Source: Candidatus Bathyarchaeia archaeon (GTDB taxonomy: Archaea; Thermoproteota; Bathyarchaeia; 40CM-2-53-6). From it: a stretch of DNA of 64,000 nt. Positions 19,020 through 28,543 of this stretch are shown here, piece after piece. The translations under genes were made by a program, and so were the position numbers. Each line of letters begins with the position of its first letter. Positions within the stretch are counted from its first letter, which is position 1. Below the pieces are notes generated by a model. The model was given only the letters and a program-made list of their open reading frames with translations. It was not told the DNA's origin and made no database searches. The stretch is from assembly GCA_050013255.1 (NCBI GenBank), contig JBEKFP010000001.1, positions 768,001 to 832,000 on the forward strand. Reading direction: 5' to 3'.

Positions 19020-19360
19020 AGGCAAGTCAAAAGCTCGGTTCCCCTAACTCCGACAGAAGGTAGACATGCAGTAGGCCTACCATTAGTGCTATCTCTGAAG
19101 CATCCGAGCTCCCAAGAGTTTTGCTGAAATTCAAACCTTAAACTCAGCCGCGAAGGCTGAGCACTTACCGCTCGCTCACCTTCTATGTCAAGTCACGTTG
19201 ATCCCATTTGTTTCGCATATGACACTATTTACCACATTCGTTTCGTGTCTGAGAGTTTCCCGTAAGGGGAGGCGTCATATGTAGAGGTATATGCTACATG
19301 TGCATGATAATTAAAAGACGACAATTCTATTTGCGAACCATACTTAGGAGTTGAAGAAGT

Positions 19361-20710
19361 CTGCAAACGCTTACGAAAGAACAGCTTCTCGAGAAAGCGA
19401 AGAAACCAGCCATCGACGCGATGAGGCTCCACCCCTTCTACCACGGAAAGATGGAGATCGTGCCAAAATGTTGCGTTCGTGATTTCAATGACTTCGCTAT
19501 ATGGTACACGCCTGGCGTCGCTGAACCTTGCAGGGCCATCCAGAAGGACGAGAAGCTCGTTTATGAATATACGAACAAGTGGAATATGATTGCGATAGTT
19601 ACTGATGGGACGCGTGTTCTAGGCCTAGGCGACATTGGGCCCAAGGCTGGGCTCCCCGTGATGGAAGGGAAGTCGATTCTCTTCAAATACCTCGGAGGCG
19701 TCGACGCTGTTCCAATCTGCCTGGGAACGAAGGACCCCGACGAGATCATAACGGCTGTGAAATGGCTTCAGCCCTCCTTCGGCGGCGTCAACCTCGAAGA
19801 CATCTCCCAACCCAAATGCTTCCGCATCCTCGACACGCTCAAAGCAACAGCCGAGATTCCAGTTTGGCACGATGACCAGCAGGGAACAGCGACTATAGTT
19901 CTGGCCGGCTTGATCAATGCTCTCGAATTGGTTGGGAAGAAAGCTAGCGATGTGACGGTTGCGATGGTTGGGGCCGGTGCGTCGAACGTTGCAAATAGCC
20001 GGTTGATGTTTTCTTACGGGATAAAACCAGGGAATACTATCGTCGTCGACACGAAGGGCATCCTGAACCAGGATAGGCAGGATCTCGCGATGCGTAAGGC
20101 CGAGTTTGTCGACAAGTGGCGGCTCTGCGAAACCACGAATAAGGAGCAACGGTCGGGTGGAATCCCTGAAGCCATGAAAGGCTCTGACGTTTGCATAGCC
20201 CTTTCCAAACCTGGGCCCGATACAATCAAGAAAGAATGGGTTGCATCAATGGCCAAGGATGCTGTTCTCTTTGCGTGCGCTAACCCCATCCCTGAAATTT
20301 GGCCGTGGGAGGCAAAAGAGGCGGGGGCTCGCGTGGTCGCAACTGGTAGGTCCGACTTTCCTAACCAAGTCAACAATTCCCTCGGCTTTCCAGGAATCTT
20401 CCGCGGGGCACTTGACGTACGGGCTAGGACGATAACAGATGAGATGTGCATCGCCGCAGCTAACGAGCTTGCGAAATGTGCACGTGAGAAAGGCCTCAGC
20501 GAAGACTACATCGCCCCAACAATGGATGAATGGGAGGTCTATCCAAGAGAAGCCGTCGCAGTCGCTCTCAAAGCGCAAGAAGTCGGAGTGGCCGGCCTGA
20601 AGTTGACAAGAACGCAACTACTCGAACAGGCAACGAGTATCATCAAGAGGTCAAGGGACATGACACAGACATCCATGAAACTAGGCTACATCCGGAAGGC
20701 GCCCGATTAA
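19361..20710 (+). CDS. NAD(P)-dependent malic enzyme (probable CTG start at 19361)
   Basis: 'YTPGVA', 'TDGTRVLGLGDIG', 'MEGK', 'HDDQQGT', 'ATGRSDFPNQVNN'; in-frame upstream extension TLTKEQLLEKAKKPAIDA. Confidence 0.93.
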   Translation: MQTLTKEQLLEKAKKPAIDAMRLHPFYHGKMEIVPKCCVRDFNDFAIWYTPGVAEPCRAIQKDEKLVYEYTNKWNMIAIVTDGTRVLGLGDIGPKAGLPVMEGKSILFKYLGGVDAVPICLGTKDPDEIITAVKWLQPSFGGVNLEDISQPKCFRILDTLKATAEIPVWHDDQQGTATIVLAGLINALELVGKKASDVTVAMVGAGASNVANSRLMFSYGIKPGNTIVVDTKGILNQDRQDLAMRKAEFVDKWRLCETTNKEQRSGGIPEAMKGSDVCIALSKPGPDTIKKEWVASMAKDAVLFACANPIPEIWPWEAKEAGARVVATGRSDFPNQVNNSLGFPGIFRGALDVRARTITDEMCIAAANELAKCAREKGLSEDYIAPTMDEWEVYPREAVAVALKAQEVGVAGLKLTRTQLLEQATSIIKRSRDMTQTSMKLGYIRKAPD

Positions 20711-20725
20711 CGGAGGAGAATTAAT

Positions 20726-21661
20726 TTGAAGAAAGATGTATCAGAAAAAGAATACGACCTGTTGATCATCGGCGGCGGCCCAGCAGGCCTAACGGCAGCG
20801 GCATACGCGATTAGAAAAAGAATTGAAATAATGCTGATCAGCGAAGACCTTGGCGGGAAGACTAACTACAAGTTCTCCTTGCCTGACGTTGATACGCACT
20901 TCGTCATAGACGGTGAAGAGCTGGTTGGCAAGTTCAAGAGCCAGATAGAGTACTTGGACTTTGCACGATACCTTGACGAAGTCACGAAACTGGAGCGAAG
21001 AGAAAACAATTTCGTTGCAACCACGAGAGGCGGGAAGGCATTCAAAGGGAAATCTGCCATAATCGCCATAGGTGTAATGCCAAAGCGGCTCAACGTTCCC
21101 GGCGAAAAGGACTTCCTAGGTCGCGGGGTTAGCTACTCTGCCGTCAGCCACGCACCACTATTCATCGACATGGAAGTTGCCGTCGTTGGCGACGGACTAC
21201 CAGCTCTCCAAGCCACAGCTGAACTAGCAGAAATAGCCAAGAAGGTCAACGTGGTCGGCGTCCAAGCAAAGTATGTGGACACAGAGCTCGGAAAGAGACT
21301 AAAAAATTCAGGAAAAGTGCAATTCTTCACCGACTACGAGGTGAAGGAAATTCGTGGCAACTCATCCGTAGAGAATCTGCTGGTACGTTCCAAGGTTGAC
21401 AAGACGGAGAAAGTAATCGCTGTTAAGGGTGTTTTCGTCGAGTTGGGATACGTCCCTAACAAGGAGCTGTTCTCCAAACTGGTGAAGACAACTGCGGAAG
21501 GAAGGATCATGATTAGCGAAAACAACCAAACTAGCGTCCCAGGTCTTTTCGCAGCAGGAGACGTAACTGACGTAAACGCGCAACAAGTTGTCATAGCGAT
21601 CGGGGAAGGAGCGAACGCCGCACTCAGCGCCTACAATTACCTTCTCAGCCTAAAACGATAA
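20726..21661 (+). CDS. Thioredoxin reductase-like FAD-dependent oxidoreductase lacking the CxxC motif
   Basis: 'IIGGGPAGLTAA', 'GRGVSYSAVSHA' (normally YCxxCD), 'TSVPGLFAAGDV'. Confidence 0.85.
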   Translation: MKKDVSEKEYDLLIIGGGPAGLTAAAYAIRKRIEIMLISEDLGGKTNYKFSLPDVDTHFVIDGEELVGKFKSQIEYLDFARYLDEVTKLERRENNFVATTRGGKAFKGKSAIIAIGVMPKRLNVPGEKDFLGRGVSYSAVSHAPLFIDMEVAVVGDGLPALQATAELAEIAKKVNVVGVQAKYVDTELGKRLKNSGKVQFFTDYEVKEIRGNSSVENLLVRSKVDKTEKVIAVKGVFVELGYVPNKELFSKLVKTTAEGRIMISENNQTSVPGLFAAGDVTDVNAQQVVIAIGEGANAALSAYNYLLSLKR

Positions 21662-21672
21662 GTCCGTATGTT

Positions 21673-21725
21673 GAGACCTGCTCCACTTAGTGGAAAAGTG
21701 GAGCAATCTCCTTTTCTTATTTTCT
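21673..21725 (+). terminator. Hairpin plus T-rich terminator
   Basis: tgctccactt/aagtggagca stem followed by cttttcttatttt. Confidence 0.55.
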
Positions 21726-21897
21726 CTCCAACCCAGTTTAATACCTAGAAAATGCTAAGCTTTGGGTTGGAAAGTGTGGTGAATGAAGTTGCGAAAGAAA
21801 CGTAAAGTGAAGATGCGGGTTCGACACAGCCAACCCGTGATAGGCCCCGACCCGGTTGAACAGGTCGCGTAGGTGTGCTCTAGACTAGGCTGGGAGC

Positions 21898-23319
21898 CTA
21901 GGATAGCCAGTCGCTGTGGAACTGCCCTGGCTTATCGATTCGTTCGTAGCCGTGTGCTCCGAAAAGGTCCCGCAGCGCCTGAATGAGATTGGCGGGCAAT
22001 CTCTCGCTCCTGTAACCGTCATAGTAGTCCAACGAGGCATCTAGGGCAGGAGTCGGAATCCCAGAAGTCTTCGCGGCCTTAATCGTATCGCGCCATTTCT
22101 TGTCAAGCTTGATTAGGGTTTCAGCGAGATCAGCGTTTAGCAGTAGGTTCTGTAAGTTTGAATTCGCCTGAAAGGCACTTCTAATCGTATCGAGGAGTTT
22201 GGCGCGGATTATGCATCCCCCCTTCCATATACGTGCCACTTCTCCGAACGGGATCCCATACTCATAGGCTTCCGAAGCAGCGCGCATCAAATGAAACCCT
22301 TGGGCGTAGGCCACGATTATTGAGGCCCGAACGGCACCCTCCAGCTTCTCCGAGAGGTTCCCGGGTGGTAAATTGGGCGCACCTTTTCTGCTTGTTTTTG
22401 ATATTTGCGCGGCCTTAACGCGTTCATCCTTTAGTGCTGAAAGGTTTCTCGCTGTGACTGCGGCGTCAATTGTGGGGGTTGGGATCCCTAGGTCCAAGGC
22501 GTTTTGCGAAGTCCATTTTCCAGTTCCCTTTTGTTGTGCTCGATCGAGGATTAGTGAGACTAGTGGGCGCTTGTTTTCGGCGTCATTTTTCTTGAGGACT
22601 TGGGTTGCAATTTCCATTAGGAAGGAGTTGAGTTCGCCTTCGCTCCATTCCTTGAAAACATTCCGTACTTGTTTGATGCTAAGGCGACCGGCTCTGGTTA
22701 GTAGGTCGTAAGCTTCAGCGATGGTTTGGATTATGGCGTATTCGATGCCGTTATGAATCATCTTTACGTAATGGCCTGCCCCTCTTGGGCCAAGGTATTG
22801 GCAGCATGGACCATCCGCATGCGCTGCTATTCGGCTTAACATCTCGCCAACATGTTCGTAACCTTCCTTTGGCCCCCCGACCATCACGCATGGACCCCTG
22901 AGCGCGCCTTCTTCACCTCCACTCACGCCTACCCCCAAGAAGTGGATTCCGTGCTTGCCTAATTCACCACATCTTCGTTCCGTGTCTTGAAAATGTGAAT
23001 TTCCACCATCCATCAACACATCCCCACGGTTGAGTAAACTTGTCAGGCTGCTGATGGTTGCGTCGACCGCCGGACCAGCTGTCAACATCAGGAAAACGCG
23101 CCGCGGTTGCGAGAGCGAGCCGATAAGATCTGGGAGAGTATAGGTTGGGTCGATTTCGGGGTGCTTGGCGGCGAAACCCCTCGTCTTCTCCTCGGTGCGG
23201 TTGTAGACGGCGACCGAATAGCCGTGGTTATGAAAGTTCAGCGCTAGGTTTTGTCCCATGACACCAAGGCCAATCAATCCTACGTCTTTGCCGCCCAACA
23301 CCCTCAGCTCAGGCTGCAT
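21898..23319 (-). CDS. gnd: 6-phosphogluconate dehydrogenase, decarboxylating (long form)
   Basis: 'GLIGLGVMG', 'YNRT', 'GVSGGEEGA', 'VKMIHNGIEY', 'QKGTGKWT', 'RDLFGAHGY'. Confidence 0.95.
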   Translation of the reverse strand: MQPELRVLGGKDVGLIGLGVMGQNLALNFHNHGYSVAVYNRTEEKTRGFAAKHPEIDPTYTLPDLIGSLSQPRRVFLMLTAGPAVDATISSLTSLLNRGDVLMDGGNSHFQDTERRCGELGKHGIHFLGVGVSGGEEGALRGPCVMVGGPKEGYEHVGEMLSRIAAHADGPCCQYLGPRGAGHYVKMIHNGIEYAIIQTIAEAYDLLTRAGRLSIKQVRNVFKEWSEGELNSFLMEIATQVLKKNDAENKRPLVSLILDRAQQKGTGKWTSQNALDLGIPTPTIDAAVTARNLSALKDERVKAAQISKTSRKGAPNLPPGNLSEKLEGAVRASIIVAYAQGFHLMRAASEAYEYGIPFGEVARIWKGGCIIRAKLLDTIRSAFQANSNLQNLLLNADLAETLIKLDKKWRDTIKAAKTSGIPTPALDASLDYYDGYRSERLPANLIQALRDLFGAHGYERIDKPGQFHSDWLS

Positions 23320-23343
23320 TATGCGTTAGGCTTCAAAAAGAGT

Positions 23344-24513
23344 TCAGCTTCGCCGCTTAGCTCGCTTACGGCCACGATGGCGCCGGCGCCCTGCCGGTTT
23401 GTTGGTCCTTCTGCGTACCATGAGGTAAGCTAAGGCAAAGATGATCACGACTCCTGTCAAGATGAGCGCTGGTTCAGAGTAATCTGTCTGCCAAACTGCA
23501 GTGATCGTATGGGGCTGGTTCATGGATATGGTTCCCGTGGTGGAGCTTGTAAGTAGCTGACCGTTCTCGTACCAGCCTTGAAACTTCATCTTGCCTCCCA
23601 AATTTCCGAGGAGGCCGGCTATGGGCTCGGTCGGTGCGACTGAGAATGTTGCTGTTTCTCCCTCGTTGTACCACCCTGCCCCTATGGAAGTTGCCTGGGG
23701 GCCGGCTATTGTGAGTAAGTTTTGCGTCAGGTAGGTAACGGTGATGTTTGCGTCGCTAGTTATGAAAATGGTTCTATTCGTGTCAGTCGAGCCGTCAGGC
23801 CAATGGTCGAACATCAACCTAGTTGCTGGGTCGACTTGGACGAGAGCGGGTACCGAAATGTTGTGTTCGCCCAATGCAACTCCGACTAGGGCTGGACCTG
23901 GGGGTTGTTGCACTCCGTCAACGGAAACGGCTACGGGGGCTGGAACCGTCACCTTCAACGCTACGGGCGTCAACTGGATACCGAAGAGAACAGTACTCGT
24001 CGTTTTCGGGATCAGATTGCGGGTGGGATCGAGGAGCGCCGTTGTCATGTTCAAATTCCATGTTCCAGGTCCGCGTTTCCCGCCGAGGATTCCACCAATC
24101 TTGAAGTCCAAGTGTTCTGCACCCGATGCTGTATTGATGCCAGTAACACAGAACGCGGCGAGCACAGGTGGGTTTAGGCATGAGTCAGGCGAAGAGGTTG
24201 CAATTCCCGGTGTAATTTCCTGAGGAGTCGTGTCTTGGTCGGTTATCAACGTGACTAGATAATTCCCCGGAGTCGTATTATTGTAGAAGACGATTGCCGT
24301 GACTTCTATGGGGCCTTGGCCGCCGGCAACCGCGTGGCTTGGGTTCACGACTTCATAGATTCTTGTGGTCTGCGCGTAAACGTTGGGAAATGCAAGAATA
24401 AGAGAAGTTACGAGCAAGCAGACTAGCAATGCATGAGCATTTTTCAACTTGAGGCCTACCGAAGGAAGTTTTGTCGCAAGGGCCGGTTCCGGAAGAAAAC
24501 CCTTGTGGTGCAC
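23344..24513 (-). CDS. Secreted, membrane-anchored surface protein
   Basis: Signal peptide 'VYAQ', beta-rich domains ('GAGWYNEG', 'FQGWY', 'ITAVWQT'), C-terminal TM and poly-Arg tail. Confidence 0.75.
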   Translation of the reverse strand: MHHKGFLPEPALATKLPSVGLKLKNAHALLVCLLVTSLILAFPNVYAQTTRIYEVVNPSHAVAGGQGPIEVTAIVFYNNTTPGNYLVTLITDQDTTPQEITPGIATSSPDSCLNPPVLAAFCVTGINTASGAEHLDFKIGGILGGKRGPGTWNLNMTTALLDPTRNLIPKTTSTVLFGIQLTPVALKVTVPAPVAVSVDGVQQPPGPALVGVALGEHNISVPALVQVDPATRLMFDHWPDGSTDTNRTIFITSDANITVTYLTQNLLTIAGPQATSIGAGWYNEGETATFSVAPTEPIAGLLGNLGGKMKFQGWYENGQLLTSSTTGTISMNQPHTITAVWQTDYSEPALILTGVVIIFALAYLMVRRRTNKPAGRRRHRGRKRAKRRS

Positions 24514-24517
24514 TTGT

Positions 24518-27355
24518 TCAGATTCTGGTTTGCAGTCTCTTCGCGGCCTTAGCTGAGGTCAGTGCGGCGGATAGGAAGAGTGTTGAGAGCACGACTGTTG
24601 CTGAGGATATCATGAGAACTAATGGGGAAGCCAGAATTTCACCTAGAAGAAGACCTGTCAATCCGCCAAGTAAGCTAATGTCTAAGAGCTTTTGGAGTAG
24701 GTTTTGTGTTTTCAACCCGCGGAGGCGGCGGAATCTGACTCTAAGCAGGCTAAGTGGTAAGCCCAGGTAGAAGGCGCCAATTAGGCTGCTCGCCAACAGT
24801 CCTGAGAGGAGAGCTGCTAGTTCTGGGTAGGCGGATGTCGCCGAGAATAGGTTTGATGTTAAGTAGAGGATTCCTATCAACGGGTACAATACGCCTTTCA
24901 TGATCATTCTTTCGACCCAGTGGTTCGTCAAGTAAACTGCTACGTGGGGGCTGAAGGAATAGTACCACGCGTTGAAGGCTACCATGAAGTTCGAGCCCGA
25001 CTGCGTCCTCATGATTTGGCGGTCGCGGAAGTTGCGCAACAGCTGAACCTCAGGCGCTAGCTCGGAACCGAATGTTGCCGTCGCAATAATACAGGTCGGG
25101 GCGGTAGGCGTCGTGGTAGTGCTTATTGCTGCTGCCGAAATTGTCACTCCAAGATTAACGGTGTGGCTTAACAGGCCATTCGCCCCTGTGACTGCGAGGG
25201 TGAAGGAGCCTGTTGACGCCGTAGCCGAAGCGCTGATTGTTAGTGTTGATGAGGAGCTCGATCCGGAGGGTGGGGTAACCGGACCAGGCAAACTGATCGA
25301 TACACCTGAAGGAGCTGTTCCTATCCAGGAGTAGGTTAGGGCGACCGCTGAGCTAAACCCGTTGGTCGACCCTACGGTGATAGTCGATGTGCCACTACTG
25401 CCCTGGGTTACTCCTATTGTGCCTGGGATTCCGCTGATCGTGAAGTCCGGCGTAACCATGATAGTCAACGTGAAAGACTGTGAGTGGCTAAGACTTCCAC
25501 TGGTGCCTGTGATCGTTATACTCGCGGACGATGCCGGCGTTCCGGGGTCAATGCTCACAGTCGCAACAGACGTAACCGATCCGCCCGGTGGAGGCGTTAC
25601 AGGGTTTGATGAAAACGAAGCGTGCACACCAGACGGCAATGATCCTGCATTCAGGTTCACGGCCGAGTTGAACGTGCCCACTGAGGCAATTGTAACGGTG
25701 TCCGTTGCCGAGCTTCCAGATCCGACCGTTAGGCTTGATGAGCTGAGGGATAGTGAGAAATCTGCTCCGGAGGTAACCGTAAGCACAAAGCTTGTTGTGT
25801 GTGTTATCGAACCGTCTGTCCCGCTCACTGTAATGGTGGCTGGTCCCAGAGCAACGCTTGATCCAACATTGACCGTAAGCGTTGATGACGCGCTTCCTGA
25901 GGATGGGATATTGATTGGATTGGTGCTAAAAGTGGAGAATGTGACGCCAGAAGGAACGGGGCCCGTAACGGATAACGTCACCGCCCCAGAATATCCGAGC
26001 AAGCTTGAACCAGTAATCGAAATGGAGTTCGATGCGCCTTGCGCTATTGAAATTGAACCTGGACTGGCGTTTAGGCCAAAATCAGGTTGAGTTAGTGTCA
26101 GTTTCGCGATCTTGTTGCCGTTAGACTCAGCGATCCAAACCGCGCCACTAGAATCAACAACCATATCGTGAGGACCACTGGTAGGATTCAAGGCCCATTC
26201 AGTGAAAGCGCCAGTTTGCAAACCGGTATTACTAGCTGACGTGGCTCCAACGGAGTTGGTTGTCGGCGCAATCGGGCCCAATACAGCAGGAGTGACGGTG
26301 TTAACTCCACCCGCATAAGCTGCGGTCGTTGGAGAAACGCCCGTAAGGGATCCCCCCGTGGAAGGGTCGAGCACAGCAACCTTCGCTGCTCCCGAACCTG
26401 CATGCGCATACTCTGCGAACCAAGGTTGTTGGGTCGCGGGGTTCATGCCAATGCCCCGCACATCGGCACCGACTGAGGGGACCTGCCAATCCTTAAACGC
26501 GTTCAGATTCTGAAGTACACCGACGTAATTATTCGGGTCGGCGGCATTGCTACCGACACCTTGGGTATACCATATCTGCCCAAGCGTGTCGGCGGTAAGA
26601 TAGGCTCCATGTGAAGAGCCATGTGTCGGCAGCGCAAACATACTGTATGCACTTGGAAGGTTTGATCGGTCAAAGCGAGTGAGCGCGGCAGCACCGGCAA
26701 ACCAAATTATCCCAGACCCAGCGTAGAGGCCGTTCGCTATTCCACCGACCGCGCCCGGGAACGTGTCCTCAAAAATCTGCGCGGTCGGCTGGGCTAGATC
26801 ATATACTAGTTCACCCCACGCGTTTCTTGTGGCTTCGGTGAACCATGCCCTCGTTTGTCCCGAACCGCCGGGTTCAATTGACACTTCTTCAGGGAGTGAG
26901 CCCCCATTAGGAAGCGCGTATTCTTTGATGATTCCCGTTGCCGGGAAGAAGACGAACATCTTGTTGCCATTGCCTTCAGCTCCAATAATAGCCGTTTGAG
27001 ATGCTATCGTCGCCGCAGCCATGCCGAGCGGCAGTGAATTTGCTGTGGGAATGATCCACTCCTGAAAAGTGTTGGATGCCGGATCAAGGTGTGCAATTTT
27101 ATTGGCGAATGACTCTGCAAACCAGCAGCAATTCCCAGATGGATCGAGAATAATACTATAGGGGCCGCTGTTAGCTGTTGGAATAGTCCATTCGCTCAGT
27201 GTCGCTGCTGTCGAGGGTGCAAAGACTGGTTGGATGAGGGGCTTGGGGATTCCTACGAAGGAAATTGAAAGTAGGAATATGGACAAAACCATCAATGACT
27301 TGAGAATTCTTCGACTTCGGACGGCATGCTTAGCAGTGTTGAAACTTAAGGCCAA
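24518..27355 (-). CDS. Large surface protein: Vgb/NHL-like beta-propeller, three Ig-like repeats, CFI-box-CTERM-type domain
   Basis: 'EWTIPTANSGP..WFAE..NKI' blades; repeats starting PDFGL/ADFSL/PDFTI; 'CIIATATFGSELAPEVQLLRNFRD'. Confidence 0.8.
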   Translation of the reverse strand: MALSFNTAKHAVRSRRILKSLMVLSIFLLSISFVGIPKPLIQPVFAPSTAATLSEWTIPTANSGPYSIILDPSGNCCWFAESFANKIAHLDPASNTFQEWIIPTANSLPLGMAAATIASQTAIIGAEGNGNKMFVFFPATGIIKEYALPNGGSLPEEVSIEPGGSGQTRAWFTEATRNAWGELVYDLAQPTAQIFEDTFPGAVGGIANGLYAGSGIIWFAGAAALTRFDRSNLPSAYSMFALPTHGSSHGAYLTADTLGQIWYTQGVGSNAADPNNYVGVLQNLNAFKDWQVPSVGADVRGIGMNPATQQPWFAEYAHAGSGAAKVAVLDPSTGGSLTGVSPTTAAYAGGVNTVTPAVLGPIAPTTNSVGATSASNTGLQTGAFTEWALNPTSGPHDMVVDSSGAVWIAESNGNKIAKLTLTQPDFGLNASPGSISIAQGASNSISITGSSLLGYSGAVTLSVTGPVPSGVTFSTFSTNPINIPSSGSASSTLTVNVGSSVALGPATITVSGTDGSITHTTSFVLTVTSGADFSLSLSSSSLTVGSGSSATDTVTIASVGTFNSAVNLNAGSLPSGVHASFSSNPVTPPPGGSVTSVATVSIDPGTPASSASITITGTSGSLSHSQSFTLTIMVTPDFTISGIPGTIGVTQGSSGTSTITVGSTNGFSSAVALTYSWIGTAPSGVSISLPGPVTPPSGSSSSSTLTISASATASTGSFTLAVTGANGLLSHTVNLGVTISAAAISTTTTPTAPTCIIATATFGSELAPEVQLLRNFRDRQIMRTQSGSNFMVAFNAWYYSFSPHVAVYLTNHWVERMIMKGVLYPLIGILYLTSNLFSATSAYPELAALLSGLLASSLIGAFYLGLPLSLLRVRFRRLRGLKTQNLLQKLLDISLLGGLTGLLLGEILASPLVLMISSATVVLSTLFLSAALTSAKAAKRLQTRI

Positions 27356-27510
27356 GGCTAGAACACAACTACCTACTCTATTTCAAACTGTAAGTATTTC
27401 ATGCTTTCTACGCCGATCCCAGCTTCATCCATGGGTTTAGCTGTTTGGAGGCAAATGTTCCTACGCGAACTACACAATCCCTGTAAAAGCAGCGAGAGCC
27501 ACGACAATGC

Positions 27511-28543
27511 CTAGTATCGTTCAATATCCAATTTCCTCCCGCGAGTCAAAATTGTCACATCTCTACCGGACGTCACGCATCCCACTTGTTTGGCTTCAGG
27601 CAGTATTTCGCTCACGTGTTTTGCCCCACGTTTTGGGCATATGATGAGGAATCCGATTCCCATGTTGAAGGTTCTGTACATTTCACGCTTAGATATGTGT
27701 CCCTTTGCCTGTATCCTCCTGAAGATGTATGACGGTTCCGGAAGGTTATCTAGGCAGAAACCAACTTTTGCTCGAATTCCAATTCTCTTGAGCTTCGTAT
27801 ACGCGCCGCCCGTTATGTGTGCGAGCCCATGGATTTCGACGCCTGCCCTTAAGAGGTTCGAAATCGTTTTCACGTAGATTCGGGTTGGACGCAACAGTTC
27901 CCTCGCAACCCTGGAGCCAGCTTTGGGGGTGAGGAGGAGTTTCCTGGCCAATGTGAGTCCGTTACAGTGTATCCCACTGCTACGTAATCCAAGAATTACA
28001 TCGCCAACCTTCGCGTTCTCGCCAGTGATGACAGCACTCTTTCTCACGATCCCGACCACTGCCGCGGACAAATCGAAGCTTTCCACAATTTCTGGTACGA
28101 TTGCGGTTTCACCCGCGACAATCGCCACCCCGGCCTCCCGGGCGCCTTTTTGCAACCCCTTCATTATGTCCATGACCAGTCTCGGGCGGGGTCTCTCAAT
28201 CGCCAAGTAGTCGACGAGGGCCAGTGGCTCGGCGCCGAGGCAGATTATATCGTTCACGTTCATTGCAACGCAGTCGATGCCAATGGTATCGTACTTGCGG
28301 TATGTTTCGGCAACGAGAGCTTTTGTCCCAACGCCGTCCGCATGTAGCGCCAGCGCGTAGTCTTTGCTGATTTCTATTAGGCCCGCGTAGTGCTCACGAA
28401 CCCCAATAACTCTTCCCAGCTTTCCTCTCCTAGTCTGAAATGTTCTTGAAAGTATTTTTTCGATGCGCTGCTGTATATCAGCAATCTTGGCTACGTCAAC
28501 GCCGGCTTCTGCATAGGTACGGGGCGACTGGGTGCACTCTCAT
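27511..28543 (-). CDS. purM: Phosphoribosylformylglycinamidine cyclo-ligase; 5' end anomalous (no in-frame start)
   Basis: Open frame continues from 28263 to 28539 with 'TYAEAGVD', 'DGVGTK', 'DCVAMNVND', 'SSGIHCNG', 'TFNMGIG'. Confidence 0.9.

Noticed and set aside
21812-21900. gcgggttcgaca.. plus several hairpins considered as a tRNA fragment or ncRNA
   Set aside because: T-stem does not pair and there is no CCA at the right spacing; hairpins are explainable as terminators between convergent genes
25362-26090. Long antisense ORFs (e.g. 25362-26090, 33257-33898, 17198-17878)
   Set aside because: Shadows of well-supported genes on the opposite strand
28540-28542. Selenocysteine recoding of the purE TGA
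   Set aside because: The position is a non-catalytic linker, no SECIS-like element was recognised, and other TGA stops in the window are ordinary
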